A DNA stretch of 64,000 bases from Tubiluchus corallicola. Lineage: Eukaryota; Animalia; Priapulida. Each line of letters opens with the position of its first letter. Within the stretch, counting starts at the first letter, position 1. This document shows positions 14,201-28,100 of this stretch, piece after piece. A model generated the notes under the pieces. That model saw nothing but the letters and a program-made list of their open reading frames with translations, made no database searches and was not told where the DNA came from. Where the stretch lies: contig JAQGDQ010000844.1 in the NCBI GenBank assembly GCA_030141605.1, forward strand, positions 24,431 through 88,430, in the 5' to 3' direction. The translations under genes were made by a program, and so were the position numbers.

Positions 14201-17200
14201 TATTTTTGTCTATCACGAAGAGAGAAATAAAATAGATGGAGAATTATTCAAAAAAGTTCTTGGAAAAGTCGTTGATATCTCTGTTACACCAAAATTCTAG
14301 CAGTGGACAGACACGAGGCAGACATACGTCCACCATTGTCATAAAACATTGTTAAATAACATTGTTATACTGTTCTCAGAGTCTTCAGACTGACTTAGCA
14401 GTTCTTTATATAATTTATATTTTACAATGGCGTGGCTGATATTTTTTTAGGGGTGGCTGACTCAATGACCTCCTGGTCTTTCGCCACCCCATCTCTACAC
14501 ACGTTACCTAATTTGTTGCATTTGCGCTTATAAATATTATATTAGAGATAAATAAACCTTTTGAATTGAATTGACAATGCGTTATTATAAGCAAATCAAG
14601 GCGAGTATCAATCTATAAAAAAGCAAAGCTGTGATTGGCTAAAAAAGCACAGAAAGCCATGTCATAATGCTGTTACTGAGATGTACCTGTTAGTTATAAG
14701 CACAGACACATGAACAACGATTAACAAATGCAATAACCAAATGTGTTAGTTAATTCGATAAAGAACACATACAAAAGAGTTAAAACTGCGCATATCAAAA
14801 ATTTTTGTCCAGTACTGTTATCGTACATAATCTATCAAATTAAGAAGAATTAACTTGTAAGTGAATTTGATTATGAGAATGGATGTATCACTTGACGTAC
14901 CAGAACCTTTGCGTTAAGTAATATCTTGAAACTGCCGAAGTAACAAGATGTTGATTAAGTTAGACGGGCAACAATATTTCAAGAGAGCCATAACCAGTAT
15001 CCATAAACGCCCAACTGCCTGATTTCTACTGCATTTATGGACAGTAGTAATAGGCTTAGTAGATGTTTGGAAACACTAAGTTGATGAAGGCGCCTCCGAA
15101 AACCAGTGGACAAAGAAAAACTGGTGGTGTAATAAGTTTGTCCCACTGGTATAAGAAAACCAAACGAAAGGAGATTGCAACTGCAGCAACTGCTTACCAA
15201 AATCATAAGCAAATCATTGAACAACATAGACAGTAGCATTGAGGCGAAGACATTCAAAATGTTCAATGGTAAAGTTTAACATCTTCAAGCAAGGGATAAG
15301 TCAAGAACATAATGCTCTACGGCTAGCGGCATGTGTGTTGCAAAGTGTGCGCGCGCGTGCGTGCGTGCGTGTGTGTGCGTGCGTGCGTGTGTGTGTGTTG
15401 TATGTTGAAGAATCATTGTGTTGTAAAGTTGCTAATTTTACAAAGTGTGTGTAAGTTAGTGTTCAAGAATGAATGCTTTATCGATAAGATGTATGTCAGC
15501 TGATATTACAAATTTTTTTACACAAATGAAAATTTTCTTTCTAAAGTTTTTTCCTGTACATTAGATGTAAGAAGTAATGCTAGCAAAGAACAAATATGGA
15601 CTGTAAATTTCATTAAAGAAATTATATGGGCTCTAGAACGTAATCGTTTTGATTTTTTGACAGGAATGAGTTGTACGCCATACTAACACATCTTACTCTC
15701 ACTTACTTGTATATATTCACATTGCTTACTAATCTTGTTAATTAATGTTATTTTGCTTGTTGATCTGTTTGTTTATTTGATGTGATTGTACCACGAGTGT
15801 GAATAAAATGATATATATATATCTTAATATATACATATATATATATATATATCTTAATATACATGTATATATATATATATGTATATATTAAGATTATTAG
15901 AAGTGGTAACACAACACAGTTACCATTCATGTTTTATTTTATTACTTTATTTATTACTTTTATTACAATGATTATACCTATCACAAACTTCACTAAATGC
16001 CAAGAATTAGCTGCTGTATTTCAGTAAATTGTGTATTATTTACCAATGTTCACTTTGTTACACAGTCATATGGTTATTTTGACAATGCCATTATATACTA
16101 GTATAGTTTTGTATGACTCGTACCTTTTGTTTATAAGCAACTATTTTAATACTATTAGTTGACTGCAATTACTAAGTCACAAAAAGTTCATCATAGCCTA
16201 TTTGGTATGTGTACAGTATTTTACAACGTTTTAGTGTGTTCATATTTCTGTAACGATTTTTGTCATTCAGTATCTAAAGAAGCAACATTATAATTTGAAT
16301 GTACTTTTTTAAAGGAAAAGTTGCAATGCTGCGGAGACTAATCTTACAGGGTACTATAACTGGAACTATACAAGCTCTGCTAGTCATCTAGTATCTGGGA
16401 TGCACTGGTAACAGAATAGGGCAGCTAAAAGAAGGGCTCCCATTCACTGTTATTTCAGCTGCATCTACAATAGACACAAGGAAGTATGCTGCTAGTACCT
16501 TGCGTTGAGATAGCCCATCTTGAAGATCATGTTCAGCAGAATTTCTGTAAGTGGTGGCTAAATTTCACAAAGAATTCTAGGGAGTGCGTGGTAATTGCAA
16601 ATGTGGGCTCGGTGTAGGAATTAAGTACTGCAATACAGTGAAGTGCAAAAGAGGAACACGGTTTTTCTTTTTGTCGAGAAAAATGACAAGTTCAACAACT
16701 GTAACTCAATCTCTGAGGCAACCCTGCAGACAGCCCGACTACCTCCTCTTTCTAGAAAAAAATAAGTGTCTATTCAGCAAGATAAATGGGGACATAATCC
16801 AATACATAACAAGTGGTAATGTGAGAGCTAATATATGTATGCATAATAACCTCTTAAACATATTTGTTGAATGCACATGCAAAGTGAAAAATTCACCCAC
16901 TAAGGTTAATGTCACCACTAATTATAATTACCACTACTAAACATTTTAGAAAGAGACTGGGTGCAATAGGGTTTAGTGACAATTTTTTTCTATAACAGGC
17001 ACATTGATGTATGAAAGGGCATATGTTATTTATCAGTCCCCGAGACATATACTCTGAGAATGCCTCAGAATTCTCCACACCACCCCTGAATTTTTTTAAT
17101 TTGCATTAAAACTTTATGTTGTAAGATAAAGCTAAACTAAATCAAAGGTGTTGTTAGTTGCAATGAAAATCAGTTGATTCATTCACTGTAGTTCCTGACA

Positions 17201-20200
17201 ACTTGACTGCTCCTTATACTGCAAGACAAAACACAGTCACAAACAACAAGTTCTGTTTGCAAGCTATTAATTGGTACAAAACCTTCCAGTATTATGCAAG
17301 CTTTTTGACAACATATGCTGAGTGCTTGGTTAATGGAACTGGCAAGCTTCTGGCACACCATGCCAATAAGGAACACTCCTGTGTACTTACCAAAGTGAGC
17401 GAATGATGAAGAGCAGATTCATCTCGTTGCTGTCGCTGTCGCCGCTTGTCCACCTGCTCATTATGATGGCGATGAAGTCGGGGAATCCATCGCGTCTTCT
17501 CCAGCCTGTGTTCTTCTTTTGGGCTACTCGGAGAATGCTTAAAAAACGCGGCCACCCATGACGGCGACGAATTCCCGCGATCGCCACTGCCGCCATCTGC
17601 AGGCGGACTATGAAAACGTTTTGAACTAGTTCGATCTTTAAAAGCTAGTCTAAGCGAAGGAGGTCTGTGCTTTTTGTAATTCGGCACTTTAAGTTTAGTC
17701 AACGTATCAGTTGGTTCACCATCTTTTTCAGTTTGGTTTTCTGCAGTTTTGGAAGACGAGGCTGTTGAAGTATTAACATGTCTATCTTCCATCAAAGGTT
17801 TAAACTCAGCACCTTTTTCTACATCTTTGTCTGCTATATGTGGAGCACTTTCATTCCCTTCCATTACAAGGGGGTGGCACTATAGTGATGGCAGAAAATT
17901 AGAAAAGATCACAGCAGTTCTGGGCTACTGTGTCACTGACACACGATCAACTCTGGTTTTCAACTGAAATTGTACATTTGTCACTGTCATTCTTGAAGGT
18001 GAATTAAATCACTCGACAGCGAATGCTAGAAAGAAAACTTACTCATATTTATAGTTGTTTATAATGTTTTTATCTCTTTTACCACATTTAACTCTATTAT
18101 TGATTTATGTTTACTAAAATGCGTCATCTTTTTGAAACCAAGTAACAATGGGAAAAAAAGCTATAACAAATGGATATTGCAACTCGCAAACAATTTTGAT
18201 CATAAGTTGATCCAGTAAAATGTGAGTGTGTGTCAGTGGTCTAAGAAAGAAGTGCAAAAGTTCCTGTAAAAGTTAATAGGTGCAAAGCAAACAAAAGAAA
18301 AACAGTGCCAAAAGCGATTTTGAATTAAACAAAACGATATTAATAAACAAAAAAAAAGAATCAGATAGAAACAGGGCTTCGTCAGCTGTTTCTAAAACGA
18401 TGTCTATTCAAAGTACATTTTGAGATGGATATTCTTAGAGTTTTGACGTTGAGTATCTCTCAGCGTTTCTTATCATAGACACTTCAAAAATCATCAACCC
18501 AAATCACATTCAGATTTGTCAGAAATTAATCCATCACTATTATTTCACAATTTACCACACAAGATACAAGGACGTCTCAAGTCGAGCACGAGAACAACTT
18601 GCTAGTGTTTATAGGGCCAAAGTACAAAAAACAACACTGCCCAGCGACCTCTTGCTGCTAGAGTAAGCTTTCTCGGTGTCCAAACTGCCAGTAGACGTCA
18701 CATATCAGTAGCCAGCGGGTCTTAATGTAAATATTATTGCGAATACTATCCGATCAAATAAAATAGAACAGAAGGTCCAGTTTTAATAAGCGTTTCCACG
18801 ATTATAATAACTAGCGAACCACGCTATATTAATTTGGGCTCGTTCGCATGCGTACGAGTACTACTACGGTTGTGGTGACGGAAATATAATTGCATCAAAC
18901 GATACAATAAATTTACGAAATCAACTCATATTGTACTGTGCAGGTACAGGTACAGGTACAACAGGAATAAGTAATCTAAAGTGATGTACACTGTCTAGAC
19001 TACACTATAGTGTAATGTGAGTCAAATGAGAAAATGAACTTGACGCTGAACTACACTACCGGTAAATTAACAGCTACTACCCAAAATTTGGATAATCACT
19101 GATTCAGTATAGAATTATATTCTACTTAATACCAGATACGCAACGGTCTTTCTTCGCACGAATGTGATCACTGCACTGAATTTACCGCGTCGTTGCTGAA
19201 ACAGCCTACTGTGTGAAGTTGTGTGACGGCACAGTAGAACGGCGCAAATACCGCTAATAATTAATATATATTATTAATACACCACTATAAGTAATGCACG
19301 GCTAAAAAACTTTCCAATATGCACGGGGAAACTATTGTTATTTTCAAAGTACCTGGACGAAACTTTCTGTTTTTACTAAGAACATATCAAGAGTTTACAA
19401 TCAGCAAAACAAATCGAAAACCCGTTTTACAGAAATAAATTACAGACGCAAGAACCGGTAACATTGGGTAAACATATATAATATTCATGACATCCATTCA
19501 CACGCGAGTGAAACTGCTAAAATTGTCACGAATCCCAGGAAATTAAACCGAAATGGCAGCTTCTGATGGGCAAATTAAGTTCCGCCCACGCAAGAAATGG
19601 ACGTGAAGAGATGTGAAATTTAGTTCATTGGAAGAGAGTTTGAAAAGCGCACGAAAATGATGTTCCTCCATTAGAGCGCGTCTCACACAGGCTGTCAGAA
19701 ATTGACTGCGAATGAAACAGTAATTGAGTAATGGATAAATGATCAATCCGTTTATAGATATTACGTCACATTTTTACGTACAGCATCAGACAGACGTCAT
19801 TACAAAACTCAGAAACGCAGTTTGTTTACAATTTAAACAACGTTTACACGACAAACGCGAAAATGTCAAAACAGAAACCGCTGGAATTGTTTATTGAATT
19901 TCGTCTTGTACAAATAGAAATTACTTTATTGCACCTGCCATATAGTAAACACTTGTATACAGATGTGAACAGGTACAAAAGCAGACGAAGAACTCTATAA
20001 AATGATTACACAAAGCGCCCTGAGCAACAGTCTTGTATTTTTATCATCTAACGTATTAGAAGGCAAACAAAAACCTGAATTAATGCATTACGGCCAGCAT
20101 TCCATCAGCAAAGGCGCATAAATCAGATAAATAATTTATTATCTCACGAGCAAAAACCATTAACGTCAGCGAGCATGCGCAGAAAGTTTGCAAAACTAAA

Positions 20201-23200
20201 CTCGTTTTAAAATCTTTAGATAGTTATTAAAAAACCTAATATTTCAAATTTTAGGTGAAAGTCTACGCTAAACCTAAAGGCGAGAACGAGATTAGATTGA
20301 CGTTGGCTTTGATTTAAAGGAAAACCGGATGATTGTGTAAACATTAGTTCAGAATAAAGAATGCTCTAAAATATTGAAAACTACAATAGCTTATTTTAAA
20401 TCGAAGCTTAGATTAAATAATAATTGCCTCGGATACTCAAATTTCGTTAAACTTTCAAAGCTACGCGCGTCTCAGTGAATTTACTAAGATTGGCAGCGGC
20501 GCCTTTTTGTCACACGCGCGTGGCCGACAAATAGAAGGCGGTACCGTGATAAACATGATCATGAACGGCTGTGTTAGTTTCTGACGTCATATGATGTAAA
20601 GCCCATTATTCGTGACATCATGTGCTTAAGCAGTACTGTAACACTTGTGCAAATGTGCTTGACTCGCAAAGGGAAATGCCTGTCATTGCACAAACTGTGG
20701 TTAGTTTCTGACGTAAGCAATAGCTGTGTTCGGTTGCCGTTGATTAACTTTCTAAGTTAATTATTTAAATATAAGGAACAATTGTTAACTTTTATAGGCA
20801 AGAAAACGTATATTTTGGACAGTAAATTATAATGAGATTGAGTTTAAACAATCGTCCGGTCTTGCTTTAAATGTATACTAGCTTCTGGTAGTTCAAGCAT
20901 AATTTAACAGACGGCGACACCGGCATTGACCGTATAGTATGCTATCTATCAGCAAGAATAGGAATCACTATAAGTTGGTGCTCATTAAAACTGAAAACAA
21001 GGTGAACCTAGCTCTTTCATGCTACCATAAACCAACAAAAATTATACATAAAATGCAAAAAGTCAAACTGTAGGTTGAATAATTAAAAAGAAAATATTCC
21101 AAGCACAGTTTCCATAGGAATTATGTAATTAGGCAATATTTTTCATTGTTAATAACATTCATTGATGGACGATCATTACTCTATTTATGCATTTTTGTTA
21201 TTGAGGACAATATTGTATTTAATGGAGAGAGGGAAATAGCTATATTTGGCTAAAAAGTTAAGCAACTTTGTAGCCTGCTCAGGGAATGGATAGGTGACTA
21301 ACAAGAAATCTACTTCTCGGTGGTATTGTTTGCCACATTGCACATTGTCTTCAGTTATTTCTCCCATTCAATGATGACGTATTGAGACATAAGCAACATA
21401 GCTGAGACATCACAGAGCTCTAAGACAACCATACTGGTTCAGTGTCTCATCTTAGACGATTGCCCTTGATAATGAGTAAGTGCTTGCCCTGTCAGGCTGT
21501 CACAACATGCAATGTTAAGCAGCACGAGTACAGAAAAATGAAGAGTCGTCAATAAAGGCTTCTCATGCACTATAATAGCGTTAACGTTTTTACGAGTTCA
21601 AAAACATAAAAAACGCTCAAAGAAATACAGCATGATTTTTCACATACTACCCCATTTTCAAGTCCGATAAAAAGTATACATTTTAACACAATTAATACTG
21701 CAAAAGCGTTTCTGATAATAAAAAATAGATTAAAAACTTAATTAACGGCGGGGGAGCCCAACTATTTGCGTTTTCGAAATACAAGCACTAGTGCCCGTCT
21801 AACTAGCGAATGGCGAAATGTGTGTAACAGTGAAGAACTAGTAGCGCAAACGTGAAATTGTGTTTGTGTTGTAATAATTCTTTCACGCAAGTCATTTTTG
21901 AAAAAAATAGTGTGTTTCCTTTCAATACTTTAAAGAGTAGATTGTTTTGACCTACAGTTTAAGATTGGGTCCGGTTCTGCTTTAAATGAAGTTGGTGACT
22001 ACGTTTTGCACAAATTATCTTATACCACACTCAAATATAACAGACAACTACTAGGGTCTCCAACCCTTAATATTTTTAAAGGTACCTATTTTTTTGAAGT
22101 TGTGGCCACTTGCACAGAAAATTCTCCTATTGCTGTCCCAATGAATTACATGTTTATGATGCAAAAAATCAATAAATTACTTTTGAATTTGAATTTACTG
22201 TGATCAAGAACGACAGCAGCTGTCAGCAGTGGTTACCAACTACAGAATTTAATCAATGAAACCTCTCTCTCTTCGTTTTTCAGAGGCTAGACTTATTAAT
22301 CAGAAGCACCTGTTGAAAATGGCGAATTTGATAACTGCTACAAACAACTTACAACTTACTTTTCTTAACTAAAGATACTAAAATCTGGAAAAGCAATAAC
22401 TTGTTTAATCTACTATTGAGAAGAATTAATGAGCCATCTTAAACTTAATTTATGGACACCACGAAAACTCGACGGGAAATTTATTTGAAAGCTAGAAAGC
22501 TAGGTAAACGTTGCACGTTCAGGTAAGTAAATGAGATGTGAATTAAGTGGTACTGGCTAAAATCAGAAACAGCTTAAAAACACGTAACCAAATATGAAGC
22601 AAAAAACTAGAACAATTTCTAAATACAAGAAATGATATGATTAATGAAAAAAATATTATAATAAAGAAATGAAAAGAAACGATGTTTCAGCCCATGGCTG
22701 CAAGTTATCCTCGGGTGAAAGAAAAGACAATAAAAAACATTTTTTGGAATTAATAATAATTGAAACATAACAACTAACTAATAATTACAGAAAAATCACA
22801 AGAGAAGTCAGAAAAACACAAAATATCACAAACAATAGCTAGGTAAACATAGAAGGTACAGCACAAAAACAGTTGCACAAAAGCACAGAATATCACAAAC
22901 AATAGCTAGGTAAGCATAGAAGGTACAGCACAAAAAGAGTTGCACAAAAGCACAGAATATCACTACTAACACGACAGTAATAACACCAGATAGTTGGCAG
23001 GAAAAGCATTGAAAAGTTTTTAATGACATTTGTTCAATTTTATTCTTTCTTCTTTCACTTCAAGGTACTTGAAGACAATTCACAGTGGTGCACTAAAACA
23101 TCGTTTCTTTTCATGTCTTCATTGTGTAATCTAATATTTTATTTAAAGAAAGAAAAGGTCTTAGTTAAACAACGCTGCCATTTAATAACTGGCTTCTATG

Positions 23201-25109
23201 GCTTCTCTTAGCAGATGGCTTCTATATCACTTACAGAAGCACGCGAGATTACCTAGAAACAAAACACTGCACTTATTAAACGCATTCTAAACTCGCTTTA
23301 AAGTGCACCTTTCACTCGAGGAAACCTTGCTAAGTCCCCAAAACTTTGCATCAATTTACACATCAACAGAAAATTATAGTCATTGTACACACTGACGAGT
23401 CAACTCAGTATCTTTAATAAGCGAATGTTAACATCTGAGAAGCAGAGTCATAAGTTTAGCATTGCAAATTCACTACAAACATCTGGAGCAGTTTCTTCTT
23501 GAATTGAGAACAAGCCATGAATTCCTAGTAGCTTAGAAGCACCAAGAGAGTAACTAATTTATAAAACTGCACGTGTAAAATCAACATTTTAAGATAAAAA
23601 CGCACAAAAAACACACTTATAATTATCCCTGCTGGCAGGTAATGACAAAACCACACAGCACAACACCCCCTGTACAATTACTAGTTGCACACATGAAGAG
23701 AACAGCTTTCTAGACTAGAAAATGTCAAACGTGTAATCTAATAATGAACACGCAGAGAGAATAAGGCAAGAACAGGCAGCTCTCAGTGGAAGCCAACGTT
23801 AAGAACCAATAAAGATGAGATAAGCTGAACAGAGCAGAGTTGCGCGTTAGGATAAGAACAGATTGACAACTCGTGGCCAGTTTACATATAATTGATATTA
23901 CGGTATTACCCCTGGTGCAGAGTAATACTCGAAATCGATAAATTAAAATTAAACAAACGTAAGTTTTATTTTGATGAGAAAAATATCACAACCATATTAG
24001 TGGAAGCAACGAAGTACTGAACCGAACAGAACTAAAAGGGGACTAGTAAAAAACTGGCTTCGCTTATATATAATTGAATTCCTGAAACAGGAGCGCAGCG
24101 TGTCAAATTCTTCACGCCAACACCATAGAGAAGGAACAAGACCCACAGGATCAGTGCTCGGGGACTCAACCGGGACTCAACCTCGAGGTCTCAACCGGGA
24201 CTCAACCTCGGGGTCTCAACCGGGATTCAACTGGGGGTCTCAACCCTCAACCGGGGTCTCAACCGGGACTCAACCTCGAGGTCTCAACCTCAACCTCGGG
24301 GTCTCAACCGGGACTCAACTGGGGGTCTCAACCGGGACTCAACTCCGGGGTCTCAACCGGGACTCAAATGGGGGTCTTAACCGGGACTCAATATCGGGGT
24401 CTCAACCGGGACTCAGCCCCGGGGTCTCAACCGGGACTCTACAACTCAACGCCTTGACGCGGACTAAATTATAAACGTACTTAAAATGAACTTGCAATCA
24501 TACTGCACGTATCATCCACATCATTGGCTAATCAACTCGGTCATTAACAGAAAGCGCTTTAATCCAACTGTTGAGAATCTTGTCCCACTTTACTTAAAGC
24601 AAGAGGCCACTGCTTACGTATTTTTTTAACCCAGCAATGTGAAAACGATATTTAAAGCACTGTAAAATGTACTATGGAAGAATACCTACGCTAACCACCA
24701 GGATAAGACATCTAACCTTATCGTATTTTTAGTATTTTTTATCCAGAACGTGCCCAGATATAGAACAGAATAATGCTTATGAAAACAGTCTTTCATAGAA
24801 CTTCTTACGCAATTTTGTACTAGAGAAATTCCCTAATACAAACTGCAACTTCATTTGATTCAAAAGATTAATAACAGATCCATACCCAGCACTCCCCTCG
24901 GCCCGTTCCCGTTCTCTACATCTCAGCAGTATAACTTTTGCAAAAAACGGCCGAAAATGGCCATTTTTGGAGGTTTTTCGCCCCCCCCCCTCCTCCCGGT
25001 GGGCCCGATTCGAAAAATAAACCATCAATGGCACGACACTAGATCGAGACCTTTCGTTTGATATATAGATCGCCAATGGTGCCCTCGTCCGGGGCCGGGC
25101 TGTAGCCTC

Positions 25110-25143
<34 letters not shown>

Positions 25144-28100
25144 ACATACCAAGAATATTAATATCATAGTATAGATACTTTTGATCATCAGCAAATTAGT
25201 TACGTTGCACAAATTCCATTTCTCTGGATCTCCATTCATATTTTTCATTTTCTACTTAGACTTCTCTTACCTTGAGTGGGCCACTGGGCTTGTTTTGGGC
25301 GATTTGAATAATAAAGTACTAATAAACTAACCACTAGGTATCGGGGAGTTAAAAACTAATCACTTTTTTGCTATTGCCTTTCATATAAAAAATATCATAC
25401 GCATCTCAAATAAAAAAAACAGACCGAAATAAGATGCTGTTACGTTTGTGAGTTTTAAATAATTTTTTTCTTAATAACATTATTGTTTTACTTTGGCTTC
25501 AAGCCCACTGAAATGCCAACAATACTAGCGCACAAAGTTAATCACAGCCGCAACGTTAGGGAAAACGCACAGCCCGTAATTAGAAAACGGTATCCTGGTG
25601 GCGACATCTGGCGTCAGCTTTTGTAATTAATTATTTTTAGGCAAAGTGTTTGTTTCATTTAGTAAACAAAGCACGCGTTTTACAAAGCAAAAAAATTAAA
25701 AAATGGAAGTTTAAAAAAATTAAATCTAAAATATTGTTAAAGTTGACTTAGTCACTGATGGAGTATTATTCTGTTGTAGTTCAAACTTAAGCACCTAGCT
25801 GCAACAGAGCACTGAATGACATAAGTCTTGTAAATTTTTATCTAAGCTTAGGTACAGAATACTGTTAGTGCTTATAAGTATAAACAATAACATTTATGTG
25901 TTTATATCCTTAATTTAAATCGCATGGCAAGATGCTATAATTTGTTTACAAATGCCACTATCATCTGCTAGTATACATAATGTGCAAAGCAAGTGCTTTT
26001 AAAGTTTCAGGAACTCATATAAGCTAAACATGATGCTTTTATTATTGTAAGCCGATTCGAAAGATTTCTATTGAGTTGATAACGCAAAGAAACTACAAAC
26101 AAAATACTTAATGAGACTGCGTATCAAGCAAAGAACAGCTTCTCAATGCATAGGAGTACTGAGTGAGCATATTTCTGGCAAAAGCCTAATGCCTAATTAC
26201 TCACATACTTCAAGGAATGATGGCACGCTTTGCTTTGACATTTAAAGCAAAACTGGACCCAATCATAAACTGTAGAACAAAACAATCTACTTTTTAAAAT
26301 ATTGAAAGAAAACATACTATTTTTTCAAAAATGACACAGGTGAAAGAATTATTACAATACCAACGCAATTACGCGTTCGCGCCACTAGTTTTTCGCCGTT
26401 ACATGCATATCGCCATTCGCTAGTTAGACGGGCACTGGCACCTGCATTTCAGAAACACATTGCACAAAAAGCAGGTGCTGTGCCCCGCAGTTCAGATGTG
26501 TTAGATTCTGATGAACTGCACATGTTCGACAGCTCAAGGGTGAGCACAGCAGTAAATTTGAAATTTGAATTTTTATCTTAAAACTTGTCTAGTTTTAGTA
26601 CAACACACTGGATATCTTACAGCAGCACTGTACTCCAATTTTCGCTTTCGCAGATATGTGCAACACACTCATAGAATATTTTTGCAGTTGAAAATTATGT
26701 TAGTTTGCGATGTCATCAATAGTTGGGCTCGTCTGCTGTTGATTAAGACTTTAACCTATTATTTAATTATCAGAAACGCTTTTACAGTATTAATTGTGTT
26801 TAAATCTGTACTTTTCATCGGACTTGAAAATGGGGTAGTATATGAAAAATCACCCTGTCTTCCTTTAAAAGTGAAACTGATATCTAATTTTTGCATTTTC
26901 CGCCATACTTATTCAACCAGAAGAATGCTCCAATAAACTTCTGTTAATATTGGACTTCAAAAACAATTTCCAGAAAATAAAAATATTGGAAAATTGACTA
27001 CCACAGAAACGATTTTAGTTAATGACAAATATTGATTTTTTTCCATTGCTTTTTCTCAATTTCCCAGTCAATCATCACCAAAAGCTAACCAACTCGTTCT
27101 TGTTCCTCAGCCTAACGCTCCACGAAACTTTAGTGAAATTTATTCAAAAGTTTAGAGGCATTATGCAGACAAACAAGTAAACAAACTCACAGAAAAACAC
27201 ACAACTATCTTACTAGTTCTCAGCACAGGTAATTTAAAAAAAAACAATCAACTTCATCCGTTGTAGCCACATCAACATTCAAAAAACACTTGTCGTTATA
27301 CAATTTGCAAACACCTGCAACGCTCTAAAAACGATCATATGAAATGTGCCTATATTTATAGTCTATACAGTATACATGTATACTTTCACACATGTATACA
27401 CATACACTTTAATTCTCGCGTTCGCTATGAAATGTTAAATGACTGATATCAAACTGACAATTTATCTTCTTTTGCCTAAAATCTATTCAAGAATTGAGAG
27501 TAATCCAATCTTAATAAACCTGCATGTGATGTAGTCATATAAGAACGCATTTCTTCTCTACAGCGTACAGAACAATTGATAATTGGTACGCATTTTTATA
27601 CAAACCAGTTAAAAATTGTCAACTAGTAGTGACACCTACTAACAAGAAAAATAGCTATGAAGGTACTAAGAACAAAAATAGCTATTAGACATTGTCAAAG
27701 ATAGTCATCAAAACTATTACAGATAAAAACACATGGGGTTCTAGGCAAAATCAAAACCGTAATACAAAGGTTTTCTGCCTCTGGGATTCTCGGAAAAAAG
27801 GCCAATATTTTTCTATCCTTACAACAGAAGTGGATTTAAAAAATTTCAATTATTTTGTTCATATATCAAAGTCTTTCAGTTATTATCTATCAAAGTCTTT
27901 CATAATAATGTTAGCTTCTCAAGCTAATTACTTAAGCCAATTACTAATTAATGTTAGCTTCTTAAGCATTACTATCGGGGATCCCTCATCTCTTTGGAGC
28001 AGCAAACGACACTAGTAGACTGCTCCAGCCTCCACTTATTCACTACATAGTGAGAAAAAGGTAGTTCGTGCATAGCCTTCAAACTGTTCTTAAACTGACT

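Noticed and set aside
22680-22722. Penelope-type hammerhead remnant on the minus strand (ccgagga...ggctgaaacatcg)
   Set aside because: Core mismatch and irregular stem II; too degenerate to call without a covariance-model search.
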